A DNA stretch of 64,000 nucleotides from an uncultured archaeon (GCA_964540145.1 CAZILS010000004.1:605-64604), one strand, 5' to 3'. Shown: positions 19,558 through 30,099, counted from the first letter of the stretch. Numbers and translations: made by a program. Notes: generated by a model from the sequence alone, not told the origin.

Positions 19558-20358
19558 CTACACTGCGTTTTCGAGCACAAGCTTGGCAAGCATCATAGTT
19601 CCTGCCACTATGCTCGCAGCTGCAACCGCTTTCCTGAGTTTGCCGTGGTCGAGCGTCCTTACCGTGTGCACGGCGGCGGGGGTTGCGATGAGCCCGCCTG
19701 CAAGCAGCGAGGCGGTGAGCGGCAGGTTGAGGAGCCCATGCCCGTTTAGCGCGACATATACCGCAACTCCCGCTATGCAGGTTGCGCCCTCCGCCATCGC
19801 GGTTATCCCCACCGCTTTCCTGCTTTTTACACCCGCTATTATTTGCCCCCCTGCCAGGACAGGCCCGTATCCTCCCCCGGTTATCCCCTTGTTGAAGGCC
19901 GCAAGCGCCCCGAGCAGGCCCATTTTCGCCCAGGAAAAAACATACTCCTTCCGCCCTGTGGTGAGGAGCCGCGCCCCAATTATGATTATCACCCCGCTTA
20001 TGTAGGCTTCAAGCATTGCCTTAGGAAGCTCCCCCGCAACCAGCGCGCCGGCCGAAACCCCGACAAGCCCCATCCCCACAAGGAGCGCCACGACCTTGAG
20101 GCTCTTGGAGTCCAGACCGAAATCCACATTGCCTGCCTGGTGGTGCATAACTCCTGTTATCGTGCTGAGCACGGCGCTTGTGGCAAGCACCGCAAGCACG
20201 ACCTCCAACGGCGGGAAACCGAGCAGCAGCAGCAGGGGAGTCATCACCCCATAACCCTGCCCGACCGAAGCGTCAAGGAATTGCAGCGCGAAGGCCGCCA
20301 CCGCCGCAGCCGCGAGAAGCACAATCACCCATACCACCGAAATAATTTCGCAAGACAC
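19558..20358 (-). CDS. TauE/SafE sulfite exporter family protein
   Basis: DASVGQGYG..TPLLLLLG, KGITGGGYGP; GTG start uncertain. Confidence 0.85.
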   Translation of the reverse strand: MSCEIISVVWVIVLLAAAAVAAFALQFLDASVGQGYGVMTPLLLLLGFPPLEVVLAVLATSAVLSTITGVMHHQAGNVDFGLDSKSLKVVALLVGMGLVGVSAGALVAGELPKAMLEAYISGVIIIIGARLLTTGRKEYVFSWAKMGLLGALAAFNKGITGGGYGPVLAGGQIIAGVKSRKAVGITAMAEGATCIAGVAVYVALNGHGLLNLPLTASLLAGGLIATPAAVHTVRTLDHGKLRKAVAAASIVAGTMMLAKLVLENAV

Positions 20359-20589
20359 CTTATTAAACTTTCTCTGCCGCATTCAGCCCCCTTGCCTCCC
20401 TCCCCCCCGAACAGCTGCGCCGCTGACGAGCCAAGGCCAAGCAGCATCATTATGCAGCCTGCGGCAATCGGGATATCGCCGTATTGCCCCGACGCAAAAT
20501 AAGAGCCGGCAACCATCCGGAGTATCAATGCGATGTTCCGGAACGCCGGGAAGGTTTATATACTTCAAGGCGGATTTTCTTACGGTAAC

Positions 20590-21249
20590 ATGGGAATCGA
20601 GAGGCCGAAAAAGCCCGGCGCAGTGGGAAATAAGCCCCGGGGCAGGAGTAACTTGCAGAAGGAAAGGCCGAAAGGGCGCAGGGCCCCGCCGCGCTCCCCT
20701 ACCTATTACAAAGACAAGGCGCGCAGCGGCGAATACTATATCGAGGAGGCAAATGGCTGGAGCTACGAGGACAGGGCCGGCTCGAAAAACCCAATGGAGC
20801 CGATGCACAGCGGCATGCAGCACTTGGTCCTGAGGGACCGCTACAGGGAGCCGAGGTTCACCCTGAGGTTTGCGGAAACCCCGTTCCACACACTCGAGAT
20901 ATTTTCCATACAGCGGGAACGCACTGCATACGCCCCCGGAAAGGACGGGCTTTACTGGGATGCGGAAAAGGAAACCGCGAGGAGCAAGGAGCTCCGGGAG
21001 AGGCTCGGGAATGTCCACCCTTCCGAATTCCTCCTTGCCGAATTCCTTCACCTAAACCGGGAAAAAATAAGGCGCGGGCTCCATGTCAGCCTGCATGTTC
21101 CCGTGGGCCAGGCGGCGGCCTACCGCGGCCTTGTCAGCAGGTTCTGCACCGAGAAACCGAGTGCGGCAGTTGAGAACGACGGCATCGAATGCCTAGTATA
21201 TCCCCTCAACCCCTCGCGGGAAAGGGTAAAGGCAATTTTAGGCTTATAA
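20590..21249 (+). CDS. Hypothetical protein
   Basis: ORF downstream of TTTATATA box; no family recognised. Confidence 0.6.
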   Translation: MGIERPKKPGAVGNKPRGRSNLQKERPKGRRAPPRSPTYYKDKARSGEYYIEEANGWSYEDRAGSKNPMEPMHSGMQHLVLRDRYREPRFTLRFAETPFHTLEIFSIQRERTAYAPGKDGLYWDAEKETARSKELRERLGNVHPSEFLLAEFLHLNREKIRRGLHVSLHVPVGQAAAYRGLVSRFCTEKPSAAVENDGIECLVYPLNPSRERVKAILGL

Positions 21250-21252
21250 AAA

Positions 21253-21744
21253 TCAGCCGAATGTTATCTCTATACGGGAGCCGAGGAGCTGCCCCATCGT
21301 CCTTTCCGCATCCTTCCTCCCCGACACCTTCGAGGAGTCCTTCCTGTTCACAATAATCCTTGTCCTTGCGCCCTCCGGCGTAAACACCCTGTTAACCCCG
21401 AGAATCCTCGCATAGGGAAAGAAGCTCCTCGCAAGCCTCTTCTCATCCTTGGTCTTCTCGACAACCGCAATCTTCTTTCCCAAAACTTTCTCCATGTCCC
21501 GCAAAACCCTTTTGTTTGAGGAGATGCAATTCACATTCCCCTCACATAGCAGGACAAGGGTTTTTCCTAAGTCCATGCTCCTGTGGAACTCAACATCCGG
21601 AAAGATATGCTTGTTGGAAAGCCTTGCCAGCATCCTTGAAAGCCTGACATCCCTCTCTGAAATCTCGCCCTTTTCAACCTTGTCCCTGCATTTGCTGCAG
21701 AGGGTGTCGCGCATAGCGTCGGGCATGCAAATCGCTGTCTTCAT
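21253..21744 (-). CDS. Archaeal NusA-like KH protein with N-terminal Cys motif
   Basis: IC..LCSKC, KVLGKKIAVVE, PYARILGVN. Confidence 0.75.
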   Translation of the reverse strand: MKTAICMPDAMRDTLCSKCRDKVEKGEISERDVRLSRMLARLSNKHIFPDVEFHRSMDLGKTLVLLCEGNVNCISSNKRVLRDMEKVLGKKIAVVEKTKDEKRLARSFFPYARILGVNRVFTPEGARTRIIVNRKDSSKVSGRKDAERTMGQLLGSRIEITFG

Positions 21745-21790
21745 ATAGAAACCCCTGTGGGATAAGGTTAAAAGAAAATGGTGAAGATGC

Positions 21791-22066
21791 TTACTTCTTG
21801 AGAGAAATCTCGATAGCGGAAACTTTCAGGGGGGCGCTTCCTTCCTCGCCTTGCACTTCTTCTGTGCTGATAACGATGCCTGAAACGCCGATATCCCGCA
21901 CGAACTTATTTTTCACTATTTCCGCGACATCAACAGCCCGGCTAATGGCTTTTCCCCTTGCCTTGAGCTTGATTTCCGGCGCACCCTGGTTTACCTGCGT
22001 GATAACAGCCAGGACATAAGCCATTGCGGGCTTCTTGCCGATAAATATTGTGTTTCTCTCAACCAT
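21791..22066 (-). CDS. albA: DNA/RNA-binding protein Alba
   Basis: [33 protein letters not shown]. Confidence 0.96.
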   Translation of the reverse strand: MVERNTIFIGKKPAMAYVLAVITQVNQGAPEIKLKARGKAISRAVDVAEIVKNKFVRDIGVSGIVISTEEVQGEEGSAPLKVSAIEISLKK

Positions 22067-22123
22067 GCTACCCCCTCATCTTAAACTTTGCTTAAGCCTT
22101 TCCTAAGACTTTAATGCTAAGCG

Positions 22124-22981
22124 TTATCTAAAGTACTCGAGCGTTTCCTGGAAAATTCCGGGAGTTTTTCCCGGGTTGTAGTTGAAGTATATGCTCTTTC
22201 CTATAATGAGGTTCTTCTCCACGATGGCGGTGTAGTACCTTTTGGTCACAGCGTCCTGTATGTATGCGACTTCCTTTCCTGTCCTTGAGACATCGAAAGC
22301 CTCAACAACAATATCTAAGTTAGGGTCTGCAGGCGCCATCTCTATTCCCCTCATAATCTGATGGTCCTCGTCTTCCCTGTAAATCTTGCCTTTGACCACT
22401 ATTGGCTGTGTGCATGTCGGTTTCCCGGCAACAACCCTGTCGCATTCAACCGGAACAACATCCCCGAAAGTTGCTTCCCAGCCTATCACATCCGGGGCGT
22501 TCTTTCGGTAAATTCCGGAATTCTTGACCACAATAAGCTTTCCGCCGCTTTTGACATAGTTCTCAACCGCCTCCCCCAAAGCCCTTGAAACTGTCTTATT
22601 GCTTTCCATGGACTGGTCGAGGAGAATGATATCGTACTGCGCCAATTGTTCCTTGGGATTTCGCTCAAGGTCTTCAGCACTTTTGACCCTGAACTGGACA
22701 AGGTCCGCACTTTCGTTAAGCACATTGATTGTCTCCTGTGAGGAATTTCCTATAATAAGCATGCTGGCAGGCCCTCCGCCTCCCCCGAAAACGTCCGCAA
22801 CCACCCCGATAATTGGTGTGCTGCTGCCGATAACTCCGAATTTTATCGCCAAAAAGAATGCGATAATCAGGATTAAAATCAGAGGTATAAACCCTTCAAG
22901 ATTCTTGGAAAGGAAACCCCCGCGTGGTTCGCTGTAGTAGTCTGCCGCAGGGGCAGCATCTCCTCCGCCTTCAGGATACAT
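22124..22981 (-). CDS. Membrane-anchored protein, class I GATase-like fold
   Basis: One TM; YDIILL..YVKSGGKLIV..HQIMRG. Confidence 0.6.
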   Translation of the reverse strand: MYPEGGGDAAPAADYYSEPRGGFLSKNLEGFIPLILILIIAFFLAIKFGVIGSSTPIIGVVADVFGGGGGPASMLIIGNSSQETINVLNESADLVQFRVKSAEDLERNPKEQLAQYDIILLDQSMESNKTVSRALGEAVENYVKSGGKLIVVKNSGIYRKNAPDVIGWEATFGDVVPVECDRVVAGKPTCTQPIVVKGKIYREDEDHQIMRGIEMAPADPNLDIVVEAFDVSRTGKEVAYIQDAVTKRYYTAIVEKNLIIGKSIYFNYNPGKTPGIFQETLEYFR

Positions 22982-23121
22982 TCATTTTCACCTTTTGTAA
23001 TTAATCTGTTAATTCCTATATATTCTTGTTATCTTTTTCCTTATAAAGATATGCTTTATTATAAGCCGAAAGTCCTATTTAAAGCTTTCTTAGTGCCTGT
23101 CCCGGGCTGCCCTGCCGAGCC

Positions 23122-24066
23122 TCAATGGAGCATGCCATAATACATGTTCTCCATGAAAAGCGAGTATCTCTCGGGCATTCCTTCCGAAAGCTGCATTTCA
23201 GGCGGTATTGAGTAATATACCACCCTGCCCCCAAAACCGCTTTCAACAATTGCCGGGAATATCCTCCCCAGGCGTTCCTCGCCTTTCTTCAGGATGTTCC
23301 CCCCTGTATCAAGGTTAAGGACAACCGTGGTGGGGGTATCCCCTCTCGCCTTGACTATCGCTGTATTGCCATAGGCCTTGAGCCCGGGCCTTATCGAATT
23401 TACCAAAGGATGGCTCCTTTCCGCAGGGTCGTAAACCCCTGTCCATGGAAACTCATCAGAGCAGCTGTTCGGTGAAAGGCCGCAGTAATTGCCAAGGTAG
23501 TTAATCCCCAAAAACCGGTCAAAACTAACCTGCTTATCAAACTTCTTCCTCGCCCACGGTCCTATCGGCTCTTCGCTTCCCCCCTCCTCCCTTTGCCCTA
23601 ACTGCAGGTACTCGTCTGTATTGCCTTTCTCGGTTCCGGCATCCCCTGTCCAGACAAGCCTGCCCCCAAAACCGACATACTCCATGAACATCTCAAGCTT
23701 CTCGGAGCTTATCTTCTTTGCCCTCGTAACAATAACCAGGTCATAGTTCCGCAAATTTCCGATTGTAACAGCATCCAATAACATCGTCCTCGGCCTAACC
23801 CTGATATAGGAGGGGTCCTCCATCATCGCCTGCAGCAGTTCCGGATCTCCAAGGCCTGTGTCGGATGCGGGGCCGTGCACAATAAGAACCTTGGGCTGCC
23901 CCCCCTCCGAGAAGTGCAGCGTTCCCCAATAAACCTCGCACCCAAAAGGAAAAAGCGAGCATGAAATTACGCTTGTCCAAACAAGGGTAAACCAAAGCCC
24001 AAAAACCAGCACAACAAGAAGCGCTATTTTCGGCAGATCCTGCATCATCCTGTCAAATTGGCCCAT
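23122..24066 (-). CDS. Membrane-anchored protein, paralog of 22124-22981
   Basis: YDLVIV..YVGFGGRLVW..HPLVNS..GRVVYY. Confidence 0.6.
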   Translation of the reverse strand: MGQFDRMMQDLPKIALLVVLVFGLWFTLVWTSVISCSLFPFGCEVYWGTLHFSEGGQPKVLIVHGPASDTGLGDPELLQAMMEDPSYIRVRPRTMLLDAVTIGNLRNYDLVIVTRAKKISSEKLEMFMEYVGFGGRLVWTGDAGTEKGNTDEYLQLGQREEGGSEEPIGPWARKKFDKQVSFDRFLGINYLGNYCGLSPNSCSDEFPWTGVYDPAERSHPLVNSIRPGLKAYGNTAIVKARGDTPTTVVLNLDTGGNILKKGEERLGRIFPAIVESGFGGRVVYYSIPPEMQLSEGMPERYSLFMENMYYGMLH

Positions 24067-24185
24067 GTTATCAAATAGATTTATGCTTAAACTAGTATAA
24101 AAACCCTCACAACCCCCTCCCCCCCCTCGGAGAGGCGAGCCAGCAACCATTTTAAACCTTAGCCAACGCATATAATTCAGATACT

Positions 24186-24350
24186 ATGAAAATGAACAGG
24201 GGACCAAGCGTATCGAGCCCAAGCTCCTCATTGGGAATCATGAGATTTTTCGATTCGGAGATGGAAGGCCCAAAAATGACGCCCGAATTCGTGATGATAG
24301 TGACAATCGCTTTCATAGCGGTTGAAGTGGCGCTGCATATGATGTCATAG
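24186..24350 (+). CDS. Preprotein translocase Sec61-beta/SecG (absent from ORF track)
   Basis: MKMNRGPSVSSPSSSLGIMRFFDSEMEGPKMTPEFVMIVTIAFIAVEVALHMMS; GxxRFF..P plus C-terminal TM. Confidence 0.88.
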   Translation: MKMNRGPSVSSPSSSLGIMRFFDSEMEGPKMTPEFVMIVTIAFIAVEVALHMMS

Positions 24351-25313
24351 CCGGAGCAGGCCTTTTTCTTTCAGCGCGGCAATCGCAAGGCTGAAGTTTA
24401 TCGTTGCATCCCCGTAAACAACGGCTGTTTTCCCTCTCTCTTTGATTTTGCCCCAGCTCTTCGCCTCTTTCGGGAACGCCCCGCTTAAGCTCCCATCGTA
24501 TTCCTGCGCGGTTGTAAAATAGGCGGCGTAATCCAAACCTTCCCTCAGAAGGTTCGACCCGATTGTGAAGTGCTTCGCTATCCCTCCGCCCAAAATAATT
24601 CCCGCTGTTTTCCTGCTCCCTATGACAAGGTCGGCAAGCTCCTGCATATCCGCGGTTACATCCAGCCCAAACCCCTTATTGTCCTGCCTGAAGAAATAGC
24701 TCTGCAGGCCTATTGCCCCGTCAACTATTCCCGGGCAGAAAACAGGTATGTTATTTCTTGAGCACTGCGCAAGGAAAGAGTGCCCGTCCTCCAAAGACGC
24801 CCCTATCTTCGCAGTCAGTTCCCTCGGGCTCAATACCTTCTTATCTTTGTATGCGGAGGCAAGCACCTTTTTTATCTCTTTCTCAAACCTTTCGAAGTTA
24901 CTTGTGCTTATGAAAATGTTCCCAAGGCGGTTGATGCCTTTTTTATGGAGATGCTCGTCATCCGCCCCGAAAACCCCTAATTCATATTCTCCGGAAGCCT
25001 TAATCACATCATGGTCAATACTGCCCGCGGTTGTTATCACGGCATCGACAAACCCTTTCTCGCAAAGCTCTGCGATAACCCCGCGCAAACCACTTGCAAC
25101 AAGGTTCGCCGTGAAGGCAAGGAAAATAGTGCAGCCTTCTTTCTTCGCCGCCCCGATAACCCTCACCGCATCCGCCAGGTTGCTTGCCTGGAAACCTGCC
25201 GAGGAAAAGGAATCGACAAGCTCCCCCACGCTTATCTTTTCTTTGAGAAAAATGTCCTTTACCTTACCAGCCAAATTCTCCCCTTCCCAAAGGTTTAAGT
25301 TTAAGCTCCGCAA
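24345..25313 (-). CDS. dys: Deoxyhypusine synthase
   Basis: GFQA, TANLVASGLR, NRLGNIF, LGGGIAKH, DGSLSGA..EAKSWGK; start uncertain. Confidence 0.95.
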   Translation of the reverse strand: MRSLNLNLWEGENLAGKVKDIFLKEKISVGELVDSFSSAGFQASNLADAVRVIGAAKKEGCTIFLAFTANLVASGLRGVIAELCEKGFVDAVITTAGSIDHDVIKASGEYELGVFGADDEHLHKKGINRLGNIFISTSNFERFEKEIKKVLASAYKDKKVLSPRELTAKIGASLEDGHSFLAQCSRNNIPVFCPGIVDGAIGLQSYFFRQDNKGFGLDVTADMQELADLVIGSRKTAGIILGGGIAKHFTIGSNLLREGLDYAAYFTTAQEYDGSLSGAFPKEAKSWGKIKERGKTAVVYGDATINFSLAIAALKEKGLLRL

Positions 25314-25926
25314 CCATGGAATCGGTTATCCCAAGCTTTTTTAATGTTGGGAAATGGGCCCTTATTTTTCCCGTGCCAATATCCGAAACCCAGCCGTAAA
25401 CAGAAATATGTTTGGGGATTTTTTTCAGGTAGAACTTCTTGAGGTTATGCACCTGCAAAAGGACATTCGCCTCGACAATCGCTTTCCACATGGTTTCCTC
25501 ACTCAACGAAAGGTCAATTTTCCTTTTTTTCAGCAGGCCCTCAACCTTCCCCAGAATCCACTTGGAATTTGAGACCCATTTCTTCACAGGCTTGCTCCTG
25601 ATTTTCTTAAGTTCCAGAAGGGCTTTCATGCCGCCGCAGCCGTAGTGCCCGCAGACAACAATGTCCAAAGGCGAGAAATGGGAGATAGCATACTCTATTG
25701 CCGAACCCACAGCATAGTCATTCGAAACTATGTTCGCAACATTCCTTAGCACAAACAGCTCGCCGGGCTTCGCATTAACCAATTTCTCGGGAACAACCCT
25801 TGAATCGGAGCAGCCTATCCACAACACCCTTGGATTTTGCCCTTTGGAAAGCTTGTGGTAAAACGCATCCTGCTGCAATACCTCTTCCTTGTAAGCCTTG
25901 TTTCCCATGAAAAGCTTCTTCACCAT
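25264..25926 (-). CDS. Beta-class carbonic anhydrase
   Basis: WIGCSDSRV, LFVLRNVAN, VCGHYGCGG. Confidence 0.95.
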   Translation of the reverse strand: MVKKLFMGNKAYKEEVLQQDAFYHKLSKGQNPRVLWIGCSDSRVVPEKLVNAKPGELFVLRNVANIVSNDYAVGSAIEYAISHFSPLDIVVCGHYGCGGMKALLELKKIRSKPVKKWVSNSKWILGKVEGLLKKRKIDLSLSEETMWKAIVEANVLLQVHNLKKFYLKKIPKHISVYGWVSDIGTGKIRAHFPTLKKLGITDSMVAELKLKPLGRGEFGW

Positions 25927-28778
25927 TGTTTCGCCTTCTCCCCAAGCTCTATGAAAAAATGCCTGTCAAGTAACTTCTCCATATTGCCTTTTTTATCTTT
26001 TATCCTTGAGTTTGTGTCCTTCTCAATTTCTTTCGCAAACTTCTTAATGAACGCAGGGTCGCTGCATCCCAAAAACAGCTCAACCCTGTCATTGGGGTTA
26101 AGTTTTGCCTCTTTCCTCATGGCCTGCACCTTCCTTGTAAGTTCCCTCAGCTCCCACTCGTCTTTCAAACCCTCAGAATCAATATTCAAATGGACCTTAA
26201 CATTGCCTACTTCCTTCACGGCGTAATTCCCCCCGGAAGGGGCTTTCTTCATTTCACTCGCTTCCTTGACATTAATCATCTTCGCAAGCACCCCTTTCAG
26301 CGAGGCAAGTTCCTTTCCCGACCCGCTCTCGACAACAACTCCCTTAAGCGGCCACCTAAGCCTCAGCCTGTTCTCTTCCCTCATGGAAAGCAGGGCTTGT
26401 GCGGAAGCCTGTACAACCGCCATCTCCTTCTCAAGCCGGCTATTCGGCATTTTTTTATCCTGTTCAGGAAGCTCCAGCAGATGCACGCTCTCTTCCATGC
26501 CCCTTGTCCTGTAGCCCCGGTAAACATACTCGGAAATGTGGGGGGTCACAGGCGCAAGCAATTTGACAAGCTCCATAAGCGCAATATTCAGGGTTTTCTT
26601 CGCAGCCTTCTCTGTCTTGGTTCCAACCCTGTCCTTGACGAGTTTTATGTAGGTCCTGCTTAAATCCTCCATAACAAACTGCTCAATGCCCTGCCGTATC
26701 TTCGGATAATGGTATTTGTTATACGCTTCCCTGCACTCGCCGATAACCCTGTTAAGCCGGCTCAATAACCATTTATCTTCCGGCTCAAGCTTAACCTTCT
26801 CCTTCACAATGCCGGGGTCCAAGCCCAGGTAAAGCTCTATGTAGTTGTAGGTGTTCCAGAAGATATTGAAAAACCTATGGACATCTCTGAAAGCGCCCCA
26901 GTCGAACATTATGTCCTCGCCCTTGCTCTCCCCGGAAAGGTAAAATCTTAAGTAATCACGGCTGTACTTTTCGATAACCTCAAACGGCGTAACAATATTC
27001 CCCAAGCTTTTTGACATCTTCTTCTTGCCCATATCGAGGATGGTGCTGTGCATCATCACCGCCTTGAACGGCTTCTCATCAAAGCATATCGCCGAGGTTA
27101 TTAGCTGCGAATTCCACCAGCCCCTTATCTGGTCCTTTGCCTCGATGTTCAAATCAGCGGGCCAGAATTTCTTGAACAGCCCGCCGTTTCCGGGATAGCC
27201 TAAACTCGCCCAGGAGCTTGCGCCCGAATCAAACCAGACATCAAGCACCTCGGGAACCCTTTTCATTGCGCCCTTGCACTTTCCGCAGGGAAAAATAACC
27301 TCATCTATGTAGGGCTTGTGCAAATCCAAACCTTTGGGAATCGCCGCAAGTTTTTCTAACTCTTTCCTCGATGCAACAACCTTCCTCTCGCCGCAGCCGC
27401 AGACCCAAATAGGCAAGGGGGTTCCCCAATACCTCTGCCTTGAGACAGGCCAGTCCCCCAGGCTCTCAAGCCAATTTTTGAACCTATCTTTCGACCATGA
27501 AGGTATCCACGTAACCTCCTTGTTAAGCTCAATCAGCCTCTTCCTTATCTTCGTTATCCTGAAAAACCATTGAGGGGTTGCGACCATAAGCAGAGGACTT
27601 TTACAACGCCAGCAAATCGGATAGTCGTGTGTGTAAGGGTGCCTGTAAACAACCGCATTGTCTTTTTCCAAATCTTCAATTATCTCCTTGTCAATTTCCC
27701 TCGCTATGCCCCCCCTGTATTTTCCCGCTGCTTCGTTCAGGCTCCCGTTTATTTCGACAGGGCAAACTATGGGAAGGCCTGCCTTGCTCCCTGCATCAAA
27801 GTCCTCCTTCCCGTGGCCGGGCGCGGTATGCACCAACCCTGTCCCCTCCTCAAGGTTCACATAGCGCTCGCTCATTATAACCCTGTAAGCGCCCTTCAAT
27901 TCCCCTAATTTCAAATTCTTCGCAAGCGGGTTTATATACTCCTTCCCTTCAAGCTCTTTTCCCTTGAATTCCCTTTTCACAAGGAAGCCCGCCTCTATGG
28001 AATCCATCAGGTGCCGCACCCTTTCCTTGGCGAGAATCCAGGTTTCTTCCCCTGCCTCAACCTCGACGTAATCAAATTTCGGGTGTGCCATTATCCCCAT
28101 ATTCCCCGGCAAGGTCCATGGCGTTGTTGTCCAGATTATGAAAAACTTCCCTTCCTCCCCTTTCAGGGGGAATTTAACATACACAGAATTGTCCGTCTGC
28201 TTCCTGTACTCAATCTCATTGTACGCAACCGCGGTAGCGCACCTTGGGCATACGTGGACAGGGTACTTTCCCAAGTAGAGCAAACCTTTCTCCTCTGCTT
28301 TCTTGAAGGTCCACCACAGCCCCTCTATGTAGCTGTTGTCAAGGGTGAGGTAAGGATTCTCCCAGTCCATCCAAACCCCCAAGTTTTCAAACTCGTCGTT
28401 CATGAACTCGATGTGTTCTGTCGCGAATTTCCTGCATTCCTTCACAAATTTCTCAATGCCAAACGTTTCTATCTCGGACTTGCACTTGATGTTGAATTTT
28501 TGCTCGACCTTGTTCTCAATCGGCAAACCATGGGTGTCATAGCCCGGTTGGTCCCGGGCATCAAGGCCCTGCATTCTCTTGGAGCGAATCGCAATATCCT
28601 TCAAAATTTTGTTCAGGGCGGTTCCCATATGGATGTGCCCGGAGGCATACGGCGGGCCGTCCATGAAATAGAAGCTCTTCTTTCCTCTGTTGAGCGCCCT
28701 TGCCTTCTTCGGAATGCCCTTGTCTTTCCAGAACTTCCTTACTCCTTCTTCCTTCTCTCTTGAATACGGCTCCAGCAT
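25920..28778 (-). CDS. ileS: Isoleucyl-tRNA synthetase
   Basis: DGPPYASG.IHMG, WTTTPWTLP, GTGLVH.AP, SRQRYWG, KMSKS; start set to MLEPY. Confidence 0.96.
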   Translation of the reverse strand: MLEPYSREKEEGVRKFWKDKGIPKKARALNRGKKSFYFMDGPPYASGHIHMGTALNKILKDIAIRSKRMQGLDARDQPGYDTHGLPIENKVEQKFNIKCKSEIETFGIEKFVKECRKFATEHIEFMNDEFENLGVWMDWENPYLTLDNSYIEGLWWTFKKAEEKGLLYLGKYPVHVCPRCATAVAYNEIEYRKQTDNSVYVKFPLKGEEGKFFIIWTTTPWTLPGNMGIMAHPKFDYVEVEAGEETWILAKERVRHLMDSIEAGFLVKREFKGKELEGKEYINPLAKNLKLGELKGAYRVIMSERYVNLEEGTGLVHTAPGHGKEDFDAGSKAGLPIVCPVEINGSLNEAAGKYRGGIAREIDKEIIEDLEKDNAVVYRHPYTHDYPICWRCKSPLLMVATPQWFFRITKIRKRLIELNKEVTWIPSWSKDRFKNWLESLGDWPVSRQRYWGTPLPIWVCGCGERKVVASRKELEKLAAIPKGLDLHKPYIDEVIFPCGKCKGAMKRVPEVLDVWFDSGASSWASLGYPGNGGLFKKFWPADLNIEAKDQIRGWWNSQLITSAICFDEKPFKAVMMHSTILDMGKKKMSKSLGNIVTPFEVIEKYSRDYLRFYLSGESKGEDIMFDWGAFRDVHRFFNIFWNTYNYIELYLGLDPGIVKEKVKLEPEDKWLLSRLNRVIGECREAYNKYHYPKIRQGIEQFVMEDLSRTYIKLVKDRVGTKTEKAAKKTLNIALMELVKLLAPVTPHISEYVYRGYRTRGMEESVHLLELPEQDKKMPNSRLEKEMAVVQASAQALLSMREENRLRLRWPLKGVVVESGSGKELASLKGVLAKMINVKEASEMKKAPSGGNYAVKEVGNVKVHLNIDSEGLKDEWELRELTRKVQAMRKEAKLNPNDRVELFLGCSDPAFIKKFAKEIEKDTNSRIKDKKGNMEKLLDRHFFIELGEKAKQW

Positions 28779-28853
28779 TTGAAACAACCTTAGTTTGATT
28801 TTTGCCTTAGCAAAAATCCTTTCTTTTGTAAACTTTTCTTTTCGAAAGAAAAG

Positions 28854-28971
28854 TTTGGGCGTAGGAGGATTTGAACGCCAACGGGTGGTTGGCGTCATCC
28901 TGCCATACTGCGTATGGCAGTTCCGCCTTGCGGCGGCCTCCCGTTGCCTTTGGGCGTAGGAGGATTTGAAC
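28854..28971 (-). repeat. 23-bp duplication of the tRNA-Ile 3' end (28854-28876 and 28949-28971) around a 72-nt multi-hairpin spacer
   Basis: TTTGGGCGTAGGAGGATTTGAAC twice; spacer hairpins CTGCCATAC/GTATGGCAG, CCGCC/GGCGG, CAACGGG/CCCGTTG. Confidence 0.9.
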
Positions 28972-29024
28972 CTCCGACCCTTGGTGTATAAGACCAATGC
29001 TCTGCCAGGCTAAGCTATACGCCC
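28951..29024 (-). tRNA. tRNA-Ile (TAT)
   Basis: GGGCGTA/TACGCCC+A; anticodon arm TTGGT-CTTATAC-ACCAA; GGTTCAAATCC; no intron. Confidence 0.9.
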
Positions 29025-29120
29025 CAAAACGCATTCTGTGTGCGGCATGCGTTTACAAGCCCCAATAAGCTCGTTATATAGAAACTATTATAGAACTTTT
29101 AAATAGGTAACTAAATCAGG

Positions 29121-29483
29121 CTATTTTGGCTGAAATGCGAGTTCTGAGAGATTGTTATCCTCATTCACCCCATTCACTTCTTCCCCTTCGGGAGATTCGT
29201 CAAGCCTGCCGTACTTCCCCACATTAAGCCTTATCGAGTTCCTGAACAAAGAGGTGTAGCCGTTGCCGAGGACAAATGTTTTCCCTTCCCTTACCTTGCC
29301 GATGTCCGCATCCCAGACAGAAAGCATTATCGCCGCTGTTTTGTCCCCCACCAGAAACTCCGCTATGCTGTGGACCTCGTTGTCGAACTTAAGGTTCACT
29401 TCCCTTTCATCAAGCTTTTCAACAACCTTGAACTTCGCCTCAACCTTGTACATATACGGTTTCAGTTCGGCGATATCAATCAT
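29121..29483 (-). CDS. Single OB-fold ssDNA-binding protein
   Basis: IAELKP, VGDKTA.I.LSVW, NGYTSLFR..RLNVGKYG. Confidence 0.88.
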   Translation of the reverse strand: MIDIAELKPYMYKVEAKFKVVEKLDEREVNLKFDNEVHSIAEFLVGDKTAAIMLSVWDADIGKVREGKTFVLGNGYTSLFRNSIRLNVGKYGRLDESPEGEEVNGVNEDNNLSELAFQPK

Positions 29484-30016
29484 TCAAGCCACTGCTCCAT
29501 AAACCTATCCGCCTTCATATAGAAATCCTTCAGTGAGCCTTTGTTTTCCAAAATCCGGTCAGTCATTTTCAGCACTTCCCCCAAACCTTTGGTTTCTATG
29601 TCCCCTTCATCTCTCCCGAAAAACTCCTTTTCTTTCCCCGGGTCTTTATCACTGCGCCTCTTAAACCTGCTTTCCTTTTTTGCGTAGGTCTCAACAACTA
29701 TAACTTTCCCAAGTTTTCCTTTTACATAATTGACTTCCTCAACAGACCTTGGCCCGACCAAGACAAGCTTGTTATTGCCAACGCCCTTCAATTTCTCAAC
29801 AAGCCTCTTCGCAACAGCATCCATGCCCTCCTTAGCCCTGAGCTCATTCCCGAGCCTTGACATATTCTCTTTGGTAACTTCCTCGCCCCTCTTCACAAGC
29901 TCTTCGGCGAGCATATCCGAGAAAACAAATTTTGAGAAGCCGTACTTCTCAACCAAGTAATCCGCAAAAGTGTCCTTCCCGCTTCTCGCCAAGCCAACAA
30001 CAATTATTACCGCCAT
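29480..30016 (-). CDS. Dephospho-CoA kinase-like P-loop kinase
   Basis: GLARSGKDT, LRAKEG..AVA, GPRSVEE. Confidence 0.75.
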   Translation of the reverse strand: MAVIIVVGLARSGKDTFADYLVEKYGFSKFVFSDMLAEELVKRGEEVTKENMSRLGNELRAKEGMDAVAKRLVEKLKGVGNNKLVLVGPRSVEEVNYVKGKLGKVIVVETYAKKESRFKRRSDKDPGKEKEFFGRDEGDIETKGLGEVLKMTDRILENKGSLKDFYMKADRFMEQWLE

Positions 30017-30099
30017 GCCATCCCCCCAGGAATTAGGGTGCAAACCAATAAAAAAGAAAAAGAATGCCCCCCCGCACCTGCGGGAGGGAACTCAACTAC

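Noticed and set aside
28779..28997. 73-aa N-terminal extension of IleRS in the ORF track
   Set aside because: It runs through tRNA-Ile and the repeat; IleRS-like sequence starts near MLEPY at 28778
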